From contig NW_014569495.1 in assembly GCF_000743755.1 (NCBI RefSeq), forward strand, positions 1-44,983: 44,983 bases of DNA, given 5' to 3'. How positions within the stretch are numbered: the stretch's first letter is position 1; every line of letters begins with the position of its first letter. This document shows, piece after piece, positions 11,124-23,300 of this stretch. A model generated the notes under the pieces. That model was not told the origin of the DNA. It was given only the letters and a program-made list of their open reading frames with translations, and did not search any database. Both the position numbers and the translations under genes were made by a program. This DNA is from Blastocystis sp. subtype 4 (lineage: Eukaryota).

Positions 11124-13863
11124 TCACTTCTTCAATGCCCTCATCTCCTTCATCGTTGCTTTCATATCTTTAGGGACAATTGTTGTTGGCACATCACTTG
11201 GTAATTCTACTTTCATCCGACGCTGTTTAGGGCCATACCACAAAGGATTCAGATGTGGAAAGCGATCCATATCGCGCAGATACTCCTGCTCTTGCCACCT
11301 ACAAATCATTTCTTTCTGATTCAAGTACCCATCAGGTAAATCAGCTCCACTTGGAGCCGATGGCATGACCTCTGTCAGCTTCCAGTTGGACGGCTGCAAC
11401 TGCTGACGAATATACCTCTCTGCCATATCATCCATGCCTTGAAGTATCTCCACACAGTCATTAAACAAATTAATTTCGTAATTGTCCTCATATTCAAAGG
11501 CATCCTCTATAAAATGCTGGAACAACTGAGTCTTCATCAACCCTTTTACAAACTTCTCATCCTCCTCATCTACCTCACGCAGGAATCCCTTCTTGTCCAG
11601 AATCATATTCATCTCTGCACCTTCAGGGACATCTCCTACATGTCACCAATCATTGAAACCTCTCACGGAAGTGTTTCTTGTAGTGACCAATGAGTCGACA
11701 GAACTCCAACATTACCGTCACCCGGATTGACTCAATAAAGTCAACCATCTATCTCAAATCCATTTCAAATTCTTACATCCATACTACTAGTAGACAGCTT
11801 CTCTGTCATTGAAGAACCATCTGAACTTGCTGCTGGAGATACATAGTTATAATAGCGATGAACACGAGTTGCCTCCTCCTCTGATGGAGTTTGAAGTATC
11901 GGAGACCATGGAAGCGATGGTCCATGTAATGAATCGTATTCTGGAGTAAACGAGATACTCAAATCATCTCCTTCCTTTGATGATGTGCGCATTACTTCAC
12001 TCTCTTCACACTTTCTCTTACAATCCTGGATCATAGTTTGAAACTCCTCCATTTCTTCCTGACTTGTTAACACAGCACTACATCGAAGTGCTTCAATTCC
12101 TGATGGTGAGGCTTGGAACGATCGTGACGAAGGGACCAACAGCGATGACATGACTGCAGGCACCACACCAATCTGACAGCGCAATATTAGAGGCCGACGT
12201 TCTTCCCCCAAAATCCTCTTCACTTCCTTATGCTCCTTTCCAATCATACTTGTTCCATTCACTGCCAACAAAATGGGTTCTCGCTTCAACAAGGCCACTC
12301 GCTTTCCCGGACCTGTTACCGTCATGTCATCTTCATCAATTTGTAAAGACACACAACTGACGCTCTCCTGACCCTCACATAAAATGGCAGATCTGGAGCG
12401 TAATCGAATTCCTAACCTTCCAGGACCAAACACCACCTCAAACACCAAGAATGACGACTCGGAAATGTTCTGGTTATTACAGTACAGTACACGTGCTACA
12501 AATGACACAATCAACCCACAGAGAACTCGCTGGAGGAGGAAGCTGTCGCTCCATCTTCTTCTCAAGACGCTTCACAAACGATCGATTGAATTCCAAAAAC
12601 GAAGGCTTCTTTGGTATAACAACCTACTAATGACTCCTTAAGTCTTCATCAACCTTATCGTAGTCAAGATGAACGACAACCACTCCATCAAGATTCGCTT
12701 GACAGTCATCTGACTGGAACTGTCGAGTGGTCACTCCAAACAAGAATGGAAAGGATGCCTACGGATAACTTCCAGAAGAGAATCAAACCGATATGCTCTC
12801 GGTAATTGTAAGAGGCAGAATTGGAATAAATGGATGATACCAACGGAACGGGTAAAGAAGGCTATTCAGAGCCTGGGCACAAAGAGTGAGTGAATCCATC
12901 TGTTCAGACACTAATAACACTCGACGCTCCTGTACCACAGCAGCAAGAGCCTTCACGATGTTCTTTGGTGAAAGTGAAGTAAATAGACATTCAAAACAGA
13001 GCTTATCTGTAAAAGGAAGACAGGTTTTTGGAGGCATGCGAATGGACACGATCTTTTGAAATACAGTCAACTATGATTCGTCCGCTTCCATAAATCTTAC
13101 TTGCGTCAACGTACCAAACTCTAGCGAAGGACAATAATCCACAAAATGACTAATGTGTCTTTCCACTAGTGTTGTTACTACGGATTCAGTTCCTACATGG
13201 AACACGATCAAATTCATCTTCCACAATAGCATCACAAATCGAACCTTTACGCAGTAGGGCTTCGAAGGAATCTACCTTCGGAATCGCCTCCTTCTCGTCA
13301 GCAAACCGATCTTCTGAATCGAGAATCGCGTTTCTGTACAACTCTCGAAGAAACACATTAAACACAGAGAATATTGGTTGGTGCGATAAGACGCACAGCG
13401 CTCTGGGAACATAAAGATTGCGCCCTTTTTTGTCTAATCGATACTCTCCATCGATCTCTATCGCTCACTCGAAAATCGGGATATTACTCAGTTTCTCATA
13501 GTAAAACAATGATGTACCATAGCTGCGAGATCGATCACTATCTATAAACACTCGATCATGATTCAAACTCAAGCGTAAAGCAAAAAGTAAAAATGTAAGG
13601 CCTTCTGCGTTCTTTCTTCACATATGCAATTTTTGCATCACCAGGAATGCAACACTATGTGTTATCAGTTTGGATACCATCAACGTATTGTGAATTCTCC
13701 GGAAATCGATGTTTCTTGTGATCTTCCAGTGGATACCGGTCTACAACAACGATAGGAGGACTCTTTAGTCCAATGTTCTCCTCTTCGTGTTACTAACAGC
13801 TGGGAGAATCCTACCCGTTGGAGGAACTGTAACCGACATGAAATAATCAGCAAGAATAGGCAT
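11124..13863 (-). CDS. DENN-domain protein (Rab GEF; uDENN-DENN-dDENN) with PDZ-like insert
   Basis: MPILADYF start, DRYPLED, YGTSL, YVPRALCVLSHQP, LFTSLSPKNIVKALAAVVQERRVLLVS, LLYPFRWYHPFIPILP, FVKGLMKTQLFQHFIE (dDENN). Confidence 0.88.
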
Positions 13864-14183
13864 CTTCTTTGTTTTGTGTTCTTTACCGAACAAAAAGGCG
13901 TTTCGCTAAATGTGTAAAAACCAATTCATGATGAAACTAAGAACGAAAATCTCCTAAATAGGTGTTTCGTGACATGACAAGTCTCAGAGTACATGTACAT
14001 TTCTAATGCAGTTATTCCTTTCTTGGAGAGTGGCACATCGCTGCCTCTGAGGTATTACATCACATTCCTGGGCGAAGAAACATCATCAACGGATACTAAG
14101 AAGACACACCGAATCCTTGCCAAGAAGAGTGAATTCCCGTTATCGTTGACTTGCTTCTCAATCACATCACAATCTTTAATTTG

Positions 14184-16846
14184 ATGAGCAAACCTGCTTT
14201 CCAATCTCTCGCCAACCTCGGCGGGTCGAATTTATGCTTCATGAATAGTATTATTCAAGTGGGTTTCTTCATACTCTCGTTAGGACTAGAATCTTTGGAA
14301 TATCAAAGAGTTTAAGAATGCTATTGTTACAGGATGCATTCCTCACCAAAGCAGTACCATTATTACGAAATCCAGTTACTCCTAGATAATGGTCAGGAAA
14401 AGTGTACTTGTATCTACTGTACGTTACGAGTATTTTTGGATCGATAGGATAATCTGGCTAGGAATTTCTGCAAGTCTATGACAGTCAAACCTCTTTGAAT
14501 ACGCTTAGTGCTATTTCATTCCGCAATTCGCTCGCTGAATTCTACAAACAAGGAAACAACGAAATGGCTGATGCCTATGAAGTCTTCGTATAGCTTAGAA
14601 GAAATTTTTACCACTAGCAAGACTTGTTGGAGTACATCCACAAACTGAGCGGCTTTTGTTCCGTTGACATGACTTCTTATGACAAACCACATTGTATTAG
14701 TCATGGTGTAGTGATTCTGAAAATGTTTCATTCCTAGTTCTTTGGCTTTGCAATGCATGAGAAGAGTATTTGTAGTTACTGCGGAGATGACCAGAGTCCC
14801 GTACAGACTCGCTTCTTCTATCAAGTGACAGTAGAGCAAATCTTGGCTGGAATGGATTTTTACAAGTCCATGCAAATTGAACAGCGTGATTATCTCGCTA
14901 CTCTACTCTTATATGCTATGAAAACTGATTATCCTCGTTGTCTTCTCTCGGCTGGTTGTCCAGGGACTTTTTGTAAGTGGTATGGGTGTTGCTTGGGATT
15001 CAGAATAGTGATGTGTTGTCTAGCTTCCCACCTGTATTTACAATGAGCTTTATTGTTGCAAGTGATTATATGGAGAAGGAACGACTTCGTCCTTTGTATT
15101 ATGTACATTCGGAGTGTAATGATAATGAATAGTCCTTAGTGATGCCACTGAATGCTGCAAAGTTGACACGGGATGTGACTATGGAACAAACTCCTATCCA
15201 GTATCATCTCTCTGGAATGATTTTATATTATGGTACATGCTATTTGTTTCATTCATATACAGGAAAGCATTATGTTGCTATGTGCTTGTATGAATATGAG
15301 GGTCGTTTCTACTGGATGGAATGTAACGATACAAAGTTTAGACACTTTGAGGACAATGCATCCATGATTGATCATTGTGTCCAGGCTGCTTATCAACCTA
15401 TTCTGCTATTCTATCGTAAAGATGATGTGGACTCGAACGTTGGAACGAATGCCTTCCCCCAGTCGGTTGCTCCCCGCTCTTCTGTTTTCCCTGATTCCAT
15501 ATCTAGTCAGGTTCCTGCTCCGTACTCTGCGATTCCTCCACAAGCTCAAACACAAGGTGCTGTTCCATATCCTGTTGGTCCTACTCAAGCTCCTACTCCT
15601 GTTCCTGCACAAGCTCAAGTTCCTGCTCCTGTTCAGGGAGGATATCCTAACCCGTTACCTGTGGCTCCAACCACGATTCCATCTGGATATCCTGAGCCTC
15701 TCCCTGTGGCTCCTACTCAGGCTGCTGGATATGTGGAGCCACTTCCTATTCCTTCATCGCAAGGTATTTCCATGAATATCTACGGTGATCAAGCTCAGGA
15801 AGTTGCTAGAGAATCTGCACACACGAAGCCTGTTAATACAAGTTCGCTCGTAGATCCTTACCCAGAACCTGTTCCTTCATATCCTCCCCATATGCCACCT
15901 AATCCTCAGTATCCCTCTGAAACTGTACCATCTTATCCTCCTGCTCCCATTGGCAGGTATTCACCAGCCAATCCTGCATATACTGGAGCTGTTCAACAGA
16001 ATGTAACTCCACCTGCTCAACAACAACCATATCCAAGTGGACCCAATTATTCTACAAGTCCGACACATTCTCAATCCCTGCCTTATAAGTCTCAGGAACA
16101 GCAGTATCCTCAGCCTCAAACATCACAGTATCCCCCTTCACAACCTCAGTACCCTCCTCAGCAGCCACAGTACCCTCCACAGCCTCAACAGGCTCAATAT
16201 CCTCCTCAACCTCAACCATCACAGTATCCACCTCAGCCTCAGCAACCGCAGTATCCTCCTCAACCTCAACAACCCCAATTCCCTCCTCAACAACCTCAGT
16301 ATCCTCCAAAACCTCAACAGGCTCAGTATCCACCTCAGCAAGCTCAGTATCCTCCACAGCCTCAACAACAGCAATATCCTCCAAAACCTCAACAGGCTCA
16401 ATATCCCCCTCAACCTCAGCAGTCATATCCCCCTCAGCCTCAGCAACCGCAATATCCTCCTCAACCTCAGCAACCGCAATATCCTCCTCAACCTCAGCAA
16501 CCGCAATATCCTCCTCAACCTCAGCAATCCCATTATCCTCCTCAACCATCTCAACAACCCCAATACCCTCCTCAACAACCTCAGTATCCACCTCAACCTA
16601 AACAATCACAGTACCCTCCACAACCCCAACAACCTCAGTATCCACCTCAACCTCAGCAACCTCAGTACCCTCCTCAACCACAACAATCACAGTATCCTCC
16701 TCAACAACCCCAATATCCCCCTCAACAGAATCCAATGGGTAATACTCCAAAACAAGGAGTGAATCCTTATCCTTCTTATCCCCAAGGAGTGAACACATAC
16801 TCTTCAACATCCCAATCTCCTTATTCTGTGTATGGAAAACCGTATT
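14184..16846 (+). CDS. USP53/USP54-like ubiquitin-specific protease with long Pro/Gln/Tyr-rich tail
   Basis: Cys box LANLGGSNLCFMNSIIQ-NLWNI, CTCIYCTL, MADAYEVF, His box YHLSGMILYYGKHY, WMECND. Predicted end ...SVYGKPY + T(16846) completed by poly(A); motif at 16851-16858. Confidence 0.78.
16095..16730 (+). repeat. Coding low-complexity repeat (QYPPQPQQP)n, mostly 21-27-nt units
   Basis: More than 20 QYPP-containing units, including near-exact 27-nt tandem copies around 16440-16520. Explains the spurious overlapping ORFs in other frames. Confidence 0.95.
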
Positions 16847-16850
16847 GTTT

Positions 16851-16858
16851 TGTTTGTT
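16851..16858 (+). terminator. TGTTTGTT 3'-end motif inside the apparent ORF 15139..16971
   Basis: Perfect motif 5 nt after T16846, which is codon position 1 of that ORF. The next gene starts at 16889. Confidence 0.85.
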
Positions 16859-16888
16859 TAAAAAGAAATCTACATTCAGAGAATCTAG

Positions 16889-19800
16889 ATGATGTCCTGT
16901 TGTTACCAACCCTCTTATTCATAGAAAGAGCAGACTGTGGTCTGGAACTATCCCAAATGTCACCAATATAACACCATCCTGGATTGCTCTTAGTCTATTC
17001 TTAATCACCCTTCCTCTTTATTATATCTGTGGAAAACCGTTTGCTTTTGTGTTCTCTGTTAGTTCTAGCATTCTTGGGTTTCTTTCTGCTTCTGTGATTA
17101 CTTTTTTCTTTTTCGACCTTACAGATAACTGTAAACGGTATTATATAGTATGAAATCTGAATTCAAGACAAAAACAAGTATTCGGTGCTTCGTTCGTCAT
17201 AACGAACCTATATTCTTGGTACTGCTTTCATTTCTATTATAAGTATGTAATTCGAAGGGATTCACATATAGGTTTTCAATAGCAACATTTCCCTATTATG
17301 TCTTCTTAACTCAAATGATCGTTTGTCTATGTAGTTCTATTCGTATGGTGTAATTGTAGATATGTGGATATCTCTGCAGTCTTCATCGTTCATTTCTATA
17401 TCCAAACGTGGAGTAAGTCATGATAACCTATTTGATTCCTAGGTCATATTACGAATTAGAAACGTTGTTTATCCCATCACACTATCCGTACTCCTAATAA
17501 CCCTTCTTCTCCTCATTCAATCCAGTTCAATTTCTCCTTTTATCTTTCAACTCTTCCTCGTCACGTTCTTCTTTCTGTTCCGCATTGGTGTGGGTGAAAG
17601 TGCTCACCAATTCGAAGTCTGGATGTACTTCATCCTAGCAACAATTCTTCCTCTTACACTCTTTATCTTCTCATCCTTCTCCTTGCTGACAACAGATCCA
17701 CTTCGGTTCCTCCTGCAGATGGTCATTCTTCTCAGTGCCCCCTGGGCTGTATTTCTCGGTCTTCTCTCAAGTCGTTACTTTGTCTGGATGCGTCATTTCT
17801 TATGCATTCTTTCATTCGTAGAGATTGATATGAATCGTCTTCAAGTTCTCAAAGTCATTTTTGGATTGGTTCTCATCCAAACTCTTCTTCTTTGTCAATT
17901 CGTCCTTCTCAACGTTCCTCTCCTGTCTCACATTTGTATCACACTCTCCATTCTCTGTCTCCTCTTCCCTATTCTCTCCCATCTCCTCAGCTTCACAGGG
18001 TAACATTCATCATGTTCTTATTATTCAGCCAACGCATTCGTTTCCTTAGTGTTGTTCTCGTTCTGTTAGCTGTGTTTCTTCTCTGTATTCTCTCACAAAC
18101 TTCCTTCATTACACTTCTCATTCTCCTCTTCAGTTCCTTCTTTCTCGTAGAGTTCTATTACCATCGCTGTATTCGTGTACATACTCTCTCTCATATTGAT
18201 CATTAGCATTATCTTGGATTTGCAATTCCTTTTTTTGTGTTGATTTCTCGTCTCCTCTATCGTATCTTCATCTCTATCCAATACTCCCTTCCTTCTTCTC
18301 TTTCAACTCCACTCTTTTGTCTCCTTATCCTATTTCTCGCTGTAGCACTTGCTATTCCAGGGAGTTTACTCAATGAAAAACACCTTCTCTTCTTCAATAG
18401 TCTCTTCCTTATCTGTCATAGTCTCCTCTTTGCTCTAGAATTCTTCCTTATCAATATTCATATTGATTTTGCTCATAGTATCATAATACTCCCCATCTCA
18501 TCCTAAGCATCTATTGAACTCTATCAATTCTCTATCATTTTCACTACTTCCATTTTGTCCATTATTACCACTCTCAAGTATCTTTGTGTTCACTATCTCA
18601 AGTAGACTTTTTAGCCAGACTCGACTCTTTCAATCCATTACTCTCCTTTCTCTCACACTTGCTGCCACGAAAGCCTTTCTGATTCTCACTAATTCTGTTC
18701 AAGCTCTCATTCTCATTGGGATTCTTCTCCTTGCTTATCTCATTCCACTCTTTGCTACACATCTTGGAATTCGAGAATTCGTTCTTCTTCTTGGAACTGT
18801 AATTCTTGTTAATATTCTCGGATTCCCACGAGTTGTCACTTTTCTTACCGATTTCGTCCCCAAGAATCTCTCCCTGATCCTCACTTTGGGTATCATGAAT
18901 CTCTCTTTTCTCATCTAGTGTCTCTCCTTCTCTCTATTGGTCTCCTTCTCACTGACGTCTGTTCGCATGTATCGCTTCAATCAGCCACATTGCTTCGGCG
19001 AATTACTCTGCTTCTCATCGTCGCCTGTCTGTTGCTTCTCATCATCAAGCCGGATCTTACAAGTATTTCCATCCGATCCATCGATACGAATCAACTCTCT
19101 GAAGTCTTCTCAAACCAATTCCTAAAGCCAACGATGGCTCTGTCCTTAGGAATTCTATTGCTCTGTGGTACTATTCTCCGCATCTTCCCTTCTACGTATC
19201 TCTTCCAATTGATCACAACTCTCCTCACGGCTCTGTCCTTTGGATTCTACATTGCAGTGGCCTTCTTCCCTCCTAATCGAGTGTTACGACTCTTGCTCTA
19301 TGCCTTGGTTGTTATTTTTGGTATTCTTCTGCTTCATACATTCGTATCATTACAAATCCCCTCTTCCCTCACAATTCTTTTAGGCGACTCCCTTCCTTTT
19401 CTGTTCAAGTTCTTATTCGATTTAATTCATAGAGCAGGTATTTGGGGACTTGTGTCTCTATTGTTACTAGGAACTGGTTATGCCATCTTCAAGAATTATC
19501 CTCTTCGAAATGGAATCAGTAGATGATTGATTGAGATGATTATTATAGATTACTTGACATACACGTCCCAAGCATCAATTACCGTGTGTGTAGGAATGGA
19601 GTTACTCTATTCGCTTCTATTTCATCTTCTATTGGCTTTACGAGGTTCGAATTCCAAAGTCGGTTTTGTTAGAATGTATTATGAATAGATTCATTCTGAC
19701 CAATCTCAACCCGAATCCCAATCCAGACTTATTGTTCCTAGCATCATCAACAATCTAGCAGTCTGTCTCTCGTTCATTACTCTCCTCATCTTCTGTTGTC

Positions 19801-20285
19801 TCTATTCCTTTGATTCAGCTCTTCCTTTGTTGTCTCTTCTCTTCCTTCTATTTTTGGATAATTCTGAGAAGAGACCTCGGTCCCTTGAAGACCAATTTGC
19901 CAACCGTTGTAAACATCTCATTCTTCCCTTTGGAATCACCAGTCTCGTACATTTCGTGAAGGAAATGATATTAATGAAAGCCCCAATGAGTAAACCCAAT
20001 CCAGGTGTGTTACTCTTCTTGCTAACTGACAGGCGAGTACGTAGACTTCGAGATATCGTTCTCTTTTGTGTATGTTGTCCAGTGTATGTATCTGCTTACT
20101 GTATTAGTCGGGGCTTCTTCCCCCTCAGTGAGGTCTTTATAGGACTTTTCGGATTATTGTCAGTCACAGGACTATTTGGCGAAGCAAAATCTTTGCGTCT
20201 TTTTGCTGCAGTTGGAATTGTACTAGCTCTTCTACAGCTCGTATATGTAAAGATAAAGGAACGTGAGAGTTTGAAATACATTTAG
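16889..20285 (+). CDS. Large multi-pass membrane protein, NO EXINE FORMATION 1 (NEF1)-like
   Basis: Highly hydrophobic exons throughout. Segments MWISLQ, ILPLTLFIFS, LLSAPW...SSRYFVW, NRLQVLKVIFG and C-terminal ...ESLKYI* line up with recalled plant NEF1 segments (WASLQ, PLLFH, STRGxLWW, ...MKYI*). Confidence 0.6.
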
Positions 20286-20379
20286 TTGAATATGTTTAAT
20301 TGAATAATGGTTCACTCACACCAAACACTTTCAAATGCAAATTACTTAATACCTCGACTCCGTATGCAGACCATTTTCC

Positions 20380-23300
20380 TCAACTCCAGATGCGAATCAT
20401 GCCATCCACACAACTTGTTGCAAATCCTTCCTCCTTTTCACTACCTACAATCACCGCATCTAAAGTCAATCCATTCTCATAGTTTTACCTGTGATACCTG
20501 TTGCATGTATTGGTTTCACCTCCTCTCCAACAGTCAGTTTCGTCTTCGTTCGTTCTTCACTACACATATATCTCGCTCCCTGATGCTGATAGACATCACG
20601 AACACCACTCTTCTCTACTTCACACACTGTATGACTCGGAATCATCGAATCAAACGACCAGAAACGTACACAACGATCACCTCCTGCTGTCAACATATAC
20701 GCTGGGGCATCTATTCCTGATCATTGCCTCCATTCCCTACATTTGGATTCAGCAGTCACATAAGGAGGTAGAAGGAATGCAGAGATGCCATGCTTGAACA
20801 CACGACACTGCTTACTCACCAAACCAGTTCCCAAAACCTCATTGATTCCCTACTCGCTTATCAGTTCCTCCAATACCTACACGCACAGGAACTGCATTCA
20901 ATACAACCTCATCCACAGGAGCATTTCCCTCACAGACTGTCAGAGACGACATACACTCGCCTGTCTTCACATCCCACAAATGAATTCGATTATCTCCTGA
21001 AGTAGTCCATACTGTGGGATTAACATGCGTACTACACATAAGCAATATGACAAACACTCACTCCTGCCCCAATGTCATACGGGTAATACAAGCAGAGTCT
21101 GATTGCTGCCATAGATTCACTAGCAGAGGATAACGCATATTATAAACAGGAATATAACCGCGGGTAGTTCCAGCCACCAATACATCTGTATTCACATCTA
21201 CGATTCTATATGACTCCCACTCCTACCATAGACAAGTGAAGATACAGCTCCTAATGACGAATTGAGACGGAGAACCTGTACAGGGGTACGTGTTCTCAAA
21301 TCACACACTGTGACATCACGCAAAGAAGAGAAAAAGAAGCAAGAAGAGAATGGAGAGGAAGAAGAACCAATCGCTGTGATCTACAAATAAGACAGAGAAA
21401 ATGAATGTACTAGAGTCGGTACAGCACGGGAATACTCCATAATCTGCGAGAATGAATCTGAAGCATGTGATCTATTTATCATTCCCTCAATACAAACTCA
21501 CTCCACATGCAGTAAACTCAAAAGACCATCTTGTGTGGAGTACAGAATACGCTCACCTTCATCAATAACCTGAAGGTTATTGATAGGACCACTCTATTCA
21601 TAATCTCTTCTTTCTGTTCATACTGTCTGAATGATGACATGGTTATTATAAGATTTTGATCTGGCATCCATATCTACATAGCCAATTCGTCCAATAGCAT
21701 CGCCCCAGTACAATAATTCATTTGTCTAAATAATTATCCTTCATCATATCTCGAACTGGAGCGATACTCAGTTTCTTCACACTCACTCCCATATCATTTG
21801 GAATGACTTTCACCAATTCACCCCGTGGGTTCCAGTTATTCACATCTGCACATCATTCTCATTCTCTTCTAATACTCTTCATTATACGAGCTTCTGAATA
21901 GAATGGTAAATCTGTCTCTGCTTCTTTCGAATACACAGAACCAGCACGCGATTTGCTAGCAACTGATGTACCATCATCGTACATTGTCCCAAGACGAACA
22001 CGTGATTCAAATAATGAAATGTAGCCCTTATCCAATTGGAACACTTGGCGAATGAATACACGCATATACATTTGCTTAGTAAACACATCTGGCTTCACAA
22101 GATCTGTTCCCATATCAAAGTTCAAATAGACAGAGTCGGCAGCTTGCTCTGTCTCCGAACGAAGTCCCAATGAGTTCTGTTCGCTTCGCTCAATTGCTTC
22201 AGCCAATTCAGCATCAGCCATTTGTTGTTCAGTCAGAGGTTCGTAGAGATGCACAGTCAATGCCTCTCGTGTCCAAGGCATGTAGAATATTGGACAATCA
22301 TAGTAGTCTTGAATCAAACGAATCTAAGCTCAATTCCTTTCAATCATCCTACCATCATCGCCTGTGTGGTAGGTTTCGGGTATACACGCTCCATAAGCAA
22401 TAGACAATCAATGACCTTGTTACGAATTGCTGGATTAGGATGCAGAAGAAGAGGTCGCTACATAACAATGCATTTCTCGATCCTACAATAGCAATAATGA
22501 TATCTTCAGCATTCTCTTTTGGCAGGATATTCTCTTTATCTTCCAGAAGAGCAACAAAGACAGATAACACTTTGATAACAACAAGATGATGATGATTGTA
22601 AACTGCATTGATGAATGAACGCATACAACCCTCTAGACTATTGCTACTAAGACGATAGAGCAAGGTGAACATATCGATAAACAGGAAACGAACATAGTTA
22701 TAATTGCTGTTGATCTTTTGGAGGAAGAGATTCGCAATCTCTTCAAGGAAATACTTATGACCAAAGAACTTATAATAATCATCAATATGACGAATCACTG
22801 CACATGCAATCTAAATTCATCAATCCATCCATTTCTCTACAGCAGGCATCTCTTCATCACTGTAGCTCATTGCTAGCATCAGTAACGTCTTTACTGAACT
22901 CCTCAGTTTCTTCATATCCTCGCGGTAATTGCTTTCCACACTAATCTCTTTCGCATCCACTCCTGGATTGCGTTGTAAGGCATCTTTTACCTTCTCTTTC
23001 TGTGCCAGATTTAGCAAACGCTTACCAGAGAGAGCAATATCTGTGAGACACTCGGCAAGTGTCAGAGCAACTTGTTGAGAAGGACTAGAGATGAGAAGAC
23101 AGAGTGATCACAACTTCTCCTGAATATGATGCAGTGTAGGCATGATGTAATGTGTGATTAGATTGAAGTCAGTATGAGGCAGTGAAGTAATATACGAAAG
23201 AATACGCGTCATACAGCGAATGGCCTATCCATAAGACCATTCACCCAGTCCTTACCAGACTCAATACACTAGCATAATCCTCTTCATGCTGGGCATTGGC

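Noticed and set aside
16095..16730. Regular repeats as a CRISPR array or mobile-element repeats
   Set aside because: In-frame coding tandem repeats with no unique spacers; eukaryotic context with no cas or transposase genes.
16037..16909. Long alternative-frame and antisense ORFs (LLNLSN-, VEED-, LRRIL-rich)
   Set aside because: Shadow frames of the stop-poor PQY repeat.
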